Source: Notoacmeibacter sp.
GTDB taxonomy: Bacteria > Pseudomonadota > Alphaproteobacteria > Rhizobiales > Rhizobiaceae
Reading direction: 5' to 3'
Assembly: GCA_019912385.1 (NCBI GenBank)
Contig: JAIOIW010000082.1
Coordinates: 3,515-67,514 of the forward strand
Length of the DNA: 64,000 bases
The notes under the pieces were generated by a model, which was not told the DNA's origin, ran no database searches, and worked only from the letters and a program-made list of their open reading frames with translations. Below are positions 48,220 to 56,324 of this stretch, piece by piece (position 1 is the first letter of the stretch; each line of letters opens with the position of its first letter). A program made the position numbers and the translations under genes.

Positions 48220-48912
48220 TTACAGAAAAAGCTGTTTCACTTTGGTGTAGCCGTAGTTGATATGAACGCGCTCGACATATCCAAGCGCCTCGGCATCGCC
48301 CATCTTCACCGCTTCGATCAGCTCCGACAACTCGTTGATAAGCGTGTCACCAACCGCTGGTCCAAGCAGTTCAGCTACGCGGTACCATGTGCTCGCCGCC
48401 TGAAAATAGGTTTGCTGCCACATCGCCCGCAGTGACTGATTGCCGATCATCGTGACGATCAGGGCGTTCAGCCGGTGGTTGATAAGCACATATCCGTCCG
48501 GGTCAAAAGACTGTTGCAGGACGCGGGCATCCTCCAGCAGAGACAAGAGCGCGGTCAGATGCGCCGGCCCCGGCGTGATCGGCGAAACCCGGCCAATCAG
48601 CGACGCCAGTTCAAGGCGCATTTCGTAGACATGCTGGATCTGCTCGGCCGACAGTTGCATCACAACAGTGCCTACCCCGTTGCGCGACTCGATTAGCCCC
48701 AGATGACTGATGCGGTTTAGCGCATCGCGAACCGGCGTCCGGCTAACCCCGAATTCGGCCGCAAGAAGCGCCTCTTTCAGCTGATCGTCTGGCTTGTAGC
48801 GCAACAGGCAAATCCGCTCTAATAGCACGCGCTGTATATCGACGGCGTCCATCTTTTTGTCCGCGGCCAGCGGCGGCGTGCTTGCAGCGTCATGATTCAT
48901 TTCGACTCTCAA
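48220..48912 (-). CDS. GntR-family regulator (FCD subfamily)
   Basis: 230 aa with LKEALLAAEFGVSRTPVRDALNRISHLGLIESRNGVGTVV. Confidence 0.85.
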   Translation of the reverse strand: MRVEMNHDAASTPPLAADKKMDAVDIQRVLLERICLLRYKPDDQLKEALLAAEFGVSRTPVRDALNRISHLGLIESRNGVGTVVMQLSAEQIQHVYEMRLELASLIGRVSPITPGPAHLTALLSLLEDARVLQQSFDPDGYVLINHRLNALIVTMIGNQSLRAMWQQTYFQAASTWYRVAELLGPAVGDTLINELSELIEAVKMGDAEALGYVERVHINYGYTKVKQLFL

Positions 48913-48936
48913 AATACTGCGACATATCTTTTAATC

Positions 48937-49734
48937 TTAGCATTCCTTCAGCAAGCGGCCAAAGCCCTCTATCGTGTCCTCGATACCGGCTAGTCGCAGC
49001 ATATCCCAGATCATCGCCTGATTGGAGCAGATCACCGGCTTTCCGAGCCGCCGCTCCAGCGTGTCCACAACGTCGATCGAGCGCAGCGCGCCGCAGCTGA
49101 TAAATACTGCTTCCGCATCGGGACGATCCACCGACTGGGCAAGGCGCATGATCGCGTCCGCGCTGACCCGGATCATGTCGCTGTCCTTCTCAAGGTTCAG
49201 CCCTTCTATCCGGCACACATCGAACCCGGCCTGTTCCAGATAGACTTTCTCCCGAAGATTGATTTCATCGAGATACGGTGTTGCGACTGCGATTCGTTTC
49301 ACTTTCAGCGCCTGTAGCGCTCGGATAACCCCCGTGATAAGCGAGGTGGCCTTGGCCTTTGGCGCGCCTCTGGCGAGTTCCGCAAATACCCGTTCCTCGC
49401 CGATAACGAGGCTCCCGGAGGTGCAGGCGTAACAAATCACGTCAAGACTGCCATCCGGCAACAGCGTGCTGGCGGCCCGCGCCAGATCCCCGGCCTGAAG
49501 GGTGAGGCTTTCGAAGGTGATGCTGTCGGGATTCTGGGCGCGCGTGAAGTGAACGCCGACACCGGGCGGACACAGCCGGAACATGTTCTCCTCGATGGTC
49601 TGCTCGGTGGCGAGAAGCACAAACCCCAGTTTGGCGCGCGGATGCATGCCTTCGTCGAAAAGCTGGGTTTTGTCGGTGTCTGGTTGGGTGCTGTATGCAT
49701 CATTCTTAAATATAGGGCTCATTTTAGCCGTCAC
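48937..49734 (-). CDS. Asp/Glu/hydantoin-racemase superfamily protein (maleate isomerase/arylmalonate decarboxylase-like)
   Basis: 265 aa with two Cys-containing loops at the expected spacing (YACTSGS and FISCGALR). Confidence 0.75.
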   Translation of the reverse strand: MTAKMSPIFKNDAYSTQPDTDKTQLFDEGMHPRAKLGFVLLATEQTIEENMFRLCPPGVGVHFTRAQNPDSITFESLTLQAGDLARAASTLLPDGSLDVICYACTSGSLVIGEERVFAELARGAPKAKATSLITGVIRALQALKVKRIAVATPYLDEINLREKVYLEQAGFDVCRIEGLNLEKDSDMIRVSADAIMRLAQSVDRPDAEAVFISCGALRSIDVVDTLERRLGKPVICSNQAMIWDMLRLAGIEDTIEGFGRLLKEC

Positions 49735-49842
49735 TCCTGTATTGACAGAACAGCTGCATACAGCTTAACTCCACTTCAGTGTTCCGTCCAGTTGCCTGGC
49801 CAATCAAGAGAACCGCATCACCACCGATAGGGAGACTGCAAA

Positions 49843-50838
49843 ATGACGTTTAAACCCCTGCTTTTGTCCGCGGCAATCGCCGTTGGGCTGTTGACGCCGC
49901 CGGCCATGGCCGAAGAGGCCATTCTTGGCCATGTGATGGACAGCGAGCACATCTTTCATAAGGTCTCGCAGCGCTTCATGGCTCGGCTCGACGAGCTTTC
50001 CGGCGGCGCCTTCACGATCGACTATCACCCCGGCGGCGATCTCGGCGACTGGACCTCGATCGTCGAACAGGTCGCGCAGGGCGCCACCCAAATGACAATG
50101 GCGTGGAATCACTCCGAACTCGATCCGCGCTGGGATGTGGCGGTCCTCGGTTATGTCGCCTCCGACTGGGAAACCGGCAAGGCCGTCTACGGCCCCGGCT
50201 CGGTGATGGACGGCGTCTATAACGGCATCATGGAAGACATGGGCATGGTGCTGCTTGGTACCATCCCGACCGATTTCACCGGTTTTGTGGTGCGCAAAGG
50301 CGTGGATGTTCCGCTCAACTTCCCAGAAGACGCCGCGGGCTTCAAGATGCGCGTGCCGGGCATGCCCATGGCCATCGAACGCTATAAGGCAACCGGCTTC
50401 TCGCCGGTACCGATGGCATTTTCCGAGGTGTACACAGCGCTTCAGACCGGTGCCATCGACGGTCGCGCCTATTCCCCGCCGTCCGAAGTGCTGCTGTTCA
50501 AGGACGTGCTGAGCACCTATGTCTTCACGCGCGAGAACTTTGAGCACACTTTCTGGCTGGCCAACAAGCAATGGCTCGATGGCCTGACCGCCGAGCAGCA
50601 GGGCTGGCTGCGCACCGCCGCGACCGAAGCCGTTACCTGGGCCTGGGACACCGCAGAAGGCGAAAGTGCGATCTGGCTAGGCAAAATCCGCGAAGCTGGC
50701 ATCGACGTGGTGGACCTAACCCCCGAACAATTGGACAAATACAAAGGCTTCGTTGTCTCGGTCGAATATCCCTACATGGAAAACATCATCGGCACCGAGA
50801 TCATGAACGAGATCAAGAAGGCCGCGGGCATCAACTGA
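49843..50838 (+). CDS. TRAP transporter substrate-binding protein (DctP family)
   Basis: 331 aa with signal MTFKPLLLSAAIAVGLLTPPAMA. Confidence 0.85.
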   Translation: MTFKPLLLSAAIAVGLLTPPAMAEEAILGHVMDSEHIFHKVSQRFMARLDELSGGAFTIDYHPGGDLGDWTSIVEQVAQGATQMTMAWNHSELDPRWDVAVLGYVASDWETGKAVYGPGSVMDGVYNGIMEDMGMVLLGTIPTDFTGFVVRKGVDVPLNFPEDAAGFKMRVPGMPMAIERYKATGFSPVPMAFSEVYTALQTGAIDGRAYSPPSEVLLFKDVLSTYVFTRENFEHTFWLANKQWLDGLTAEQQGWLRTAATEAVTWAWDTAEGESAIWLGKIREAGIDVVDLTPEQLDKYKGFVVSVEYPYMENIIGTEIMNEIKKAAGIN

Positions 50839-50906
50839 CCCCTGACTGGCGCGGGAGATTTGATTCCCGCGCCACTTTTCCTGTGCTTGCCGAGGGCGCC
50901 GGCCAG

Positions 50907-51521
50907 ATGAGCAAAGACCTCCTACATACCGATAGTATTGACGATCTAATCCTGCCGCCCCGGCTTACCCCGGTGCCGCTGCCCGAACTGGCGTCGGCCC
51001 CCTGCTACAGCGGTCTGGGCTGGCTCTATGCGCTGGAGGCGAAGCTTGCCTTTCTGATGCGCGTCGCGATGTTCGCGGCAACGCTCAGCCTCGGGCTGCT
51101 GATGGCAGCGCAAGTGTTCATGCGCTACGCGATTTCGTCGCCGTTTCTGGGCATTGAGGAACTGGCGCCGATGTTGGCGCTATGGATCTATTTCCTCGGC
51201 ATGTCCTACTGTTCGCGCGAACGCGACCACATCGAAGGAAGCATCCTCACGCTCGTCGTGAAAGACCCGCAAAAACTGCTGGCGATACGTCTGTTTGGCT
51301 CGATCGTGGTGGTTGCCGCAGTAATAGTCTTCGCCTGGTTCGCCTGGAAATACGCGGCGTTCAACCTCTCGCTGGGGCGTAAGAGCACTTATATGCGGCT
51401 ACCCAAATACATCTGGGACTTAGCGATGGTATCGGGCTTTGCGCTGATGAGCCTCTATGGCGCGCTTCAGGTGCTGGTCGAGGCCCGAAGCCTGCTCTCG
51501 ATGAAACGGGGGCGGGCATGA
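50907..51521 (+). CDS. TRAP transporter small permease (DctQ family)
   Basis: ATG 50907 (MSKDLLHTDSIDDL...) followed by four hydrophobic segments. The upstream part of track ORF 50571-51521 overlaps dctP and is Arg-rich. Confidence 0.8.
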   Translation: MSKDLLHTDSIDDLILPPRLTPVPLPELASAPCYSGLGWLYALEAKLAFLMRVAMFAATLSLGLLMAAQVFMRYAISSPFLGIEELAPMLALWIYFLGMSYCSRERDHIEGSILTLVVKDPQKLLAIRLFGSIVVVAAVIVFAWFAWKYAAFNLSLGRKSTYMRLPKYIWDLAMVSGFALMSLYGALQVLVEARSLLSMKRGRA

Positions 51522-52813
51522 CCTTTTTCTTCATTGCAATCTCGGTGGTCATTTTCCTGCTACTGATCGAAGTGCCGGTCGGCTTTGCCTTCGGGGTTGG
51601 CGCGCTCATCTACGGGTACCTGTTAGGCACCGACATCGCGTTTCACTCGGGCTATGCCTACGGGCAAGTCGGCGCATTCTCGCTGCTTGCGATCCCACTG
51701 TTCATCCTTTCGGGCACGCTGATGGGCGCCACCGGAATTTCCGAGCGGCTACTGAATTTCGTGAATTCCTTCGTCGGACGCACAAGGGGCGGGCTTGGCG
51801 CGGTCACCGTGCTGACCTGCGCGCTGTTTGGCGCGATCTCGGGTTCCGCTTCGGCCGCCATCGCCGCGATCGGCAAAATCATGGTGCCGCGGATGATCCG
51901 CGAAGGCTATCCGCCCGGGCACGCGACCGCGCTTGTCGCGGTCTCATCTGTTCTCGCGCTGATGATCCCGCCTTCGATCCCGATGATCGTCTTTGCAATT
52001 GCGATCCGCGAATCCGTGGCAAAGGCGTTTCTGGCGACGATGGGGCCGGGCATCGCGCTGGCGCTGGTCTATTGCGTTCTGAACTTCGTTTTCCTGCGCA
52101 AGAACACCACAATCACCGTGCAGCCGCCGCTGCCAATGCCTGAAAAGCTGCGCGAGATCGCGCTGACGGGCAAGCAGGCGAGCCTTGCGATTATCATGCC
52201 GGTTATTGTGCTCGGGGGGATCTACTCGGGCATCGCCACGCCGACCGAGGCCGGGGCGGTCGCGCTGGTCTACACGCTCTTTGTGGGCATCCTCATTTAC
52301 CGTTCGCTGTCCTTTCCGGCGCTGTTTCAATCGACGGTCGAGGCCGCGCGCCTGACCGGCGCGATCCTGATGGTGCTGTTTTTCCTCTTCGTGATGAGCC
52401 GCGGCATGATCCTCGCCAAGATCCCCACGCGCTTCGCCGACCTGCTGCTGTCAGTATCCGACAACAGGATTGTCATCCTGCTGATGATCAACCTGCTTTT
52501 GCTGCTGATGGGGATGATCATCGACGACGTTTCAGGTGGCATTCTGGCGGCGATCATCCTGCTTCCGGTGACCCAGCGCATTGGTCTGGACCCGATCCAT
52601 TTTGCGGCCATCGTCGGCACCAATCTGGGGCTCGGAAACGTCTCGCCGCCCTGCGCGCCACTGCTCTACATGGCCGGCGGCGTCACCCGGCAATCGCTTT
52701 CGGAATACATCGGACCGGCAATGAAATTCCTGCTGCTGGGGCATCTTCCGATGGTGTTTCTGGTCACCTTCGTTCCGCAACTTTCGCTTTTCCTTCCGGG
52801 GCTCCTGGACTGA
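51518..52813 (+). CDS. TRAP transporter large permease (DctM family)
   Basis: 431 aa polytopic protein. The ATG overlaps the dctQ stop (ATGA). Confidence 0.85.
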   Translation: MTFFFIAISVVIFLLLIEVPVGFAFGVGALIYGYLLGTDIAFHSGYAYGQVGAFSLLAIPLFILSGTLMGATGISERLLNFVNSFVGRTRGGLGAVTVLTCALFGAISGSASAAIAAIGKIMVPRMIREGYPPGHATALVAVSSVLALMIPPSIPMIVFAIAIRESVAKAFLATMGPGIALALVYCVLNFVFLRKNTTITVQPPLPMPEKLREIALTGKQASLAIIMPVIVLGGIYSGIATPTEAGAVALVYTLFVGILIYRSLSFPALFQSTVEAARLTGAILMVLFFLFVMSRGMILAKIPTRFADLLLSVSDNRIVILLMINLLLLLMGMIIDDVSGGILAAIILLPVTQRIGLDPIHFAAIVGTNLGLGNVSPPCAPLLYMAGGVTRQSLSEYIGPAMKFLLLGHLPMVFLVTFVPQLSLFLPGLLD

Positions 52814-52855
52814 CGAAAAGCGCGCTTCGACCTTTTGAAACTTGGAGTAACCTGA

Positions 52856-54013
52856 ATGCTTGAAGAAGCAAAATCCCGTACGCGGGCTCTGCAAGAGCGG
52901 ATGAAAGACCTTGGCATCCCGCTGGCCGTGTTTACCGACGAAAGTTCGATCGCCTACCTCGCAGGGTTCTGGGGGTATCTGGGGATCGAGTTCGGCCGTC
53001 CGACCATGCTGATCGTGCGCGCCGACGAGGCCCCTGTGGTGATCACCCCGCTGATGGAAAGCGAGATGGTGGGCGAGATGACCTGGGTTGAGGATATCCG
53101 GGTCTGGGAGGACATGGGGCAGCGCACCTGGGGGCGCGCGCTTGCCGAAGTACTGAGCGACAAGCCGGGCGAAATCTGGATCGAGAAGACGCAGATCCCG
53201 GCGATCGTGCGTAACTTCCTCGATGACCGCTATGCCACCGTGGTCTTGAAAGACGTGGGTCCTGTACTCGGCGCGCTGCGCATGATCAAGTCACCGCTCG
53301 AAGTCTCGGTGATGAAACAGGCCGGGCAGATTGCCGGCGCGATGATGAAGGCGGCGCATGGCTCGCTGATGGTTGGCGGACACGAATACGAATCCGCGCT
53401 TGCGGTGATCGAGGCCGGCACCCACGCCGCAGCCGGTTTCCTGACCGACAGGGGCTGGGAACGCTTCGTCTCGCCGATGATCCACAACCTGCAGATCCTG
53501 CAAAGCGGCAAAGACACCTCGATGGTGCACCGCCGCGCCTCGGTACGCAGCTACCAGCGTGCCGACCCGGTCTATTTCTGCTTTTGCAACATGGCGCAAT
53601 TCAAGCAGTACAAGCTGGGTTTTGACCGCATGTTCCACGTTGCCGAGGTGTCCGATGTGGCCGCCCGCGTGCAACAGGCCGCGATCGACGCTCAGCAGGC
53701 CGCCATCGCGGCGATCCGCCCCGGCGTCCTGGCCGAAGACATCGCGGCAGCGGCGAACGAGATCTATGCCCAGCGTGGCTATCAGACCGGCTACCGCACC
53801 GGCCGCTCGATCGGCGTGGCCTATCTGGAGGCGCCCGAGCTGAAAGCGGGCGACAAGACCGTGCTGAAACCCGGCATGACCTTTGCGGTCGACGGCGGCA
53901 TCTCGATCGACGGAGTTACCGCCGGGCGGATCGGCGATTCCGTGGTGGTAACCCAGACGGGCTTTGAATACCTCACGCAGTATCCGCGCCAACTCCTTGT
54001 TACGGGTGCCTGA
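52856..54013 (+). CDS. M24-fold (creatinase/Xaa-Pro peptidase family) protein with non-canonical metal-ligand positions
   Basis: 385 aa with pita-bread-fold collinearity (MIKSPLEVSVMKQAGQIAG ... LKPGMTFAVDGG ... VVVTQTGFEYLT). The canonical H-x-x-G-H...HE motif reads YRTGRSIGVAYLEAP, and the EPG and RxED positions read VDGG and RIGDS. Confidence 0.8.
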   Translation: MLEEAKSRTRALQERMKDLGIPLAVFTDESSIAYLAGFWGYLGIEFGRPTMLIVRADEAPVVITPLMESEMVGEMTWVEDIRVWEDMGQRTWGRALAEVLSDKPGEIWIEKTQIPAIVRNFLDDRYATVVLKDVGPVLGALRMIKSPLEVSVMKQAGQIAGAMMKAAHGSLMVGGHEYESALAVIEAGTHAAAGFLTDRGWERFVSPMIHNLQILQSGKDTSMVHRRASVRSYQRADPVYFCFCNMAQFKQYKLGFDRMFHVAEVSDVAARVQQAAIDAQQAAIAAIRPGVLAEDIAAAANEIYAQRGYQTGYRTGRSIGVAYLEAPELKAGDKTVLKPGMTFAVDGGISIDGVTAGRIGDSVVVTQTGFEYLTQYPRQLLVTGA

Positions 54014-54823
54014 ATGACCGCAAAGAGTTTCAGGCTTGCCGTGGCGCAATCCCCGGCGGAACTGGACGGGCCGCGCGCCAGACTTGACTGGCTGGCAGCC
54101 TGCATGCCGGAGCTGGCCAGCGTAAGTGCAGATATGGTGCTGCTGCCCGAGCTGTTTCTGACCGGCTACAACGTCGGGGATGAAATCACGCAGCGGGCAG
54201 AGCCGTCAGACGGGCCGATGGCGCGGGAAATCGCCGCGCTCGCGGCACGTCTCGGGGTCGCCGTGCATTACGGCTACGCCGAGCGCGATGGCGAAGCGCT
54301 TTACAATGCAGCGCAGTGCTTCGGCCCCGATGGCAAACGCCTTGGCGGTCACCGCAAGCTGTTGTTGCCGCCGGGGTTCGAGGCGGATCACTTCGCCTGC
54401 GGCACGGGCTGCGAGCTGTTCACCTTCAAGGGCGTGCGCTTCGGCACCCTTGTCTGCTACGATGCGGAGTTCCCCGAGACCGCGCGCCACGTCGCCGCTT
54501 TGGGCGCCGAGGTGCTACTGGTGCCGACCGCGCTTGGCGCACAATGGGGCTGGGTCGCTAATACCATGATTCCGGCGCGGGCATATGAAAACGGCGTGTT
54601 CCTTGGCTATGCCAATCATGCCGGGTCAGAGCATGGGATGGAGTTTCTCGGGGCAAGCTTCATCGCCGCCCCGGACGGGGAGGAACTGGCTCGGGCGCAG
54701 GCCGCGCCCGGCATCCTGATCGCTAACCTGGAACTGCGGCGCGTTGCCAAGGCGCAAATGCGGCTGCCCTATCTTGTGGACCGCAACCGCCTTCTTCTTG
54801 AAGCAGATACCTCCCCCCGATGA
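54014..54823 (+). CDS. Carbon-nitrogen hydrolase (nitrilase superfamily) amidase/carbamoylase-like
   Basis: 269 aa. The E-K-C triad context is visible (LLPELF; HRKLLL; TLVCYDAEFPE). Confidence 0.85.
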   Translation: MTAKSFRLAVAQSPAELDGPRARLDWLAACMPELASVSADMVLLPELFLTGYNVGDEITQRAEPSDGPMAREIAALAARLGVAVHYGYAERDGEALYNAAQCFGPDGKRLGGHRKLLLPPGFEADHFACGTGCELFTFKGVRFGTLVCYDAEFPETARHVAALGAEVLLVPTALGAQWGWVANTMIPARAYENGVFLGYANHAGSEHGMEFLGASFIAAPDGEELARAQAAPGILIANLELRRVAKAQMRLPYLVDRNRLLLEADTSPR

Positions 54824-54845
54824 TTTCGGGCGGAGACGACCCCGC

Positions 54846-55730
54846 TCAGCCCATCCGTTCCGAGGCATAACTACCGGGGCTGGCGGGAAACACCACGGTC
54901 TTATTGCCATTCTGGAAAACGCGCCGGTGAATATGCGCATGCACCGCTCGCGCCAGAACCTGGCTTTCCACATCCCTGCCGAGTGAGACATAGTCGTCGG
55001 AAGATTGCGCATGGGTCACGCGCACTGTGTCCTGCTCGATGATCGGGCCCTCGTCCAGATCGCTAGTGACATAATGCGAGGTTGCCCCGATCAGCTTCAC
55101 CCCGCGCTCAAAGGCCTGCTTATAGGGGTTCGCGCCCTTAAAGCTTGGCAGGAAGGAATGGTGAATGTTGATGATCCGCCCCGACATCATCCGGCACATA
55201 CTGTCCGAAAGCACCTGCATGTAGCGGGCAAGCACGATCAGCTCGGCTCCGCTTTCCTCGACAATCGCGATCTGGCGCGCCTCGGCCTCGGTCTTGTTCT
55301 GCGCGGTGACCCTGATGTAGTGGAACGGAATGTCGTGGTTTACCACAACCTTCTGATAGTCCAAGTGGTTCGAGATCACCCCGACTATGTCTATCGCGAG
55401 CGCGCCTATGCGCCAGCGGTACAAAAGGTCGTTCAGGCAATGACCGAAACGCGACACCATGATGATGACCTTCATCTTCTCGTGCTCGTCGTGAAAGTCG
55501 TACTGCATGGCATGGGCGCGCGCGGTTTCGGCCATGCCTTCGCGCAGCGTGTCGATGCCCGCGCCGGTTTCGCTGTTGAAGCTGATCCGCATGAAAAACC
55601 AACCAGTTTCCTGATCGTCAAACTGGGCGCTGTCGGTTATGTTGCAGCCGTTCGCGGCCAGATAGCTGGAGATTACGGCCACGATGCCACGCGCTGACGG
55701 GCAAGTCACGGTCAGGGCAAATGAACTCAT
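54846..55730 (-). CDS. purU: Formyltetrahydrofolate deformylase
   Basis: 294 aa with an ACT-like N-terminus (FALTVTCPSARGIVAVISSYLAANGCNITDSAQF) and a formyltransferase core (IINIHHSFLPSFKGANPY). Confidence 0.9.
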   Translation of the reverse strand: MSSFALTVTCPSARGIVAVISSYLAANGCNITDSAQFDDQETGWFFMRISFNSETGAGIDTLREGMAETARAHAMQYDFHDEHEKMKVIIMVSRFGHCLNDLLYRWRIGALAIDIVGVISNHLDYQKVVVNHDIPFHYIRVTAQNKTEAEARQIAIVEESGAELIVLARYMQVLSDSMCRMMSGRIINIHHSFLPSFKGANPYKQAFERGVKLIGATSHYVTSDLDEGPIIEQDTVRVTHAQSSDDYVSLGRDVESQVLARAVHAHIHRRVFQNGNKTVVFPASPGSYASERMG

Positions 55731-55751
55731 CAGATAGGTCTTTCGTTCTGT

Positions 55752-56324
55752 TCAGGACACCGACACCGCTGCGGTGCTGACCGCATGGTGCAGGTACTTG
55801 GCAGCGGAGCGCGGGCCAAAAAGCCTTACGGCGATCATCGGGTCGAGCACAACAAGCAGACAGCCGGTGTGCTCGATCATCGTGCGCTGCACCTCCCCGC
55901 GCTCCATTCGGCGGAAGTCTGCATTGCAGAGACGCTCCAGCAGCACGGCAACCGCCGGCCCGGAAATCTCGAAACAAACCCAGGCGTCCGATTGCTCGGT
56001 GACCGAGGCGATGCCACAAAGCGCCTGCGCCATGTCGTCGGCCAGCGTCTCGTGGCTGTGATGCGGCGCGCAGAACATCCATTGCTCAGGGCCTATCCAC
56101 AGCGCCTGAACGGCGCCCGTGCCCGCGCTCTGCCCGACAGCCGGCAGCGCGCATCCAAGGACAGCGGCAGCACGGGCGGCCAGCACCTGCATCTGGCCGC
56201 TACGCGCCGCGACCGAAGCCAGCGCCACATCGGGCCGTTCCACAATTTGCAGCGTACCGATCTGGTCGGTCTGAGGCTGCGCCGCGCCTAGGGCAGTAGC
56301 GGGCTTAAGGCGATGATCAGGCAC
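55752..56324 (-). CDS. soxG: Sarcosine oxidase gamma subunit family protein
   Basis: It sits after soxA and is about 190 aa if GTG 56324 is used (8-nt overlap with the soxA end). The start is uncertain. The upstream part of the track ORF overlaps soxA. Confidence 0.7.
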   Translation of the reverse strand: MPDHRLKPATALGAAQPQTDQIGTLQIVERPDVALASVAARSGQMQVLAARAAAVLGCALPAVGQSAGTGAVQALWIGPEQWMFCAPHHSHETLADDMAQALCGIASVTEQSDAWVCFEISGPAVAVLLERLCNADFRRMERGEVQRTMIEHTGCLLVVLDPMIAVRLFGPRSAAKYLHHAVSTAAVSVS

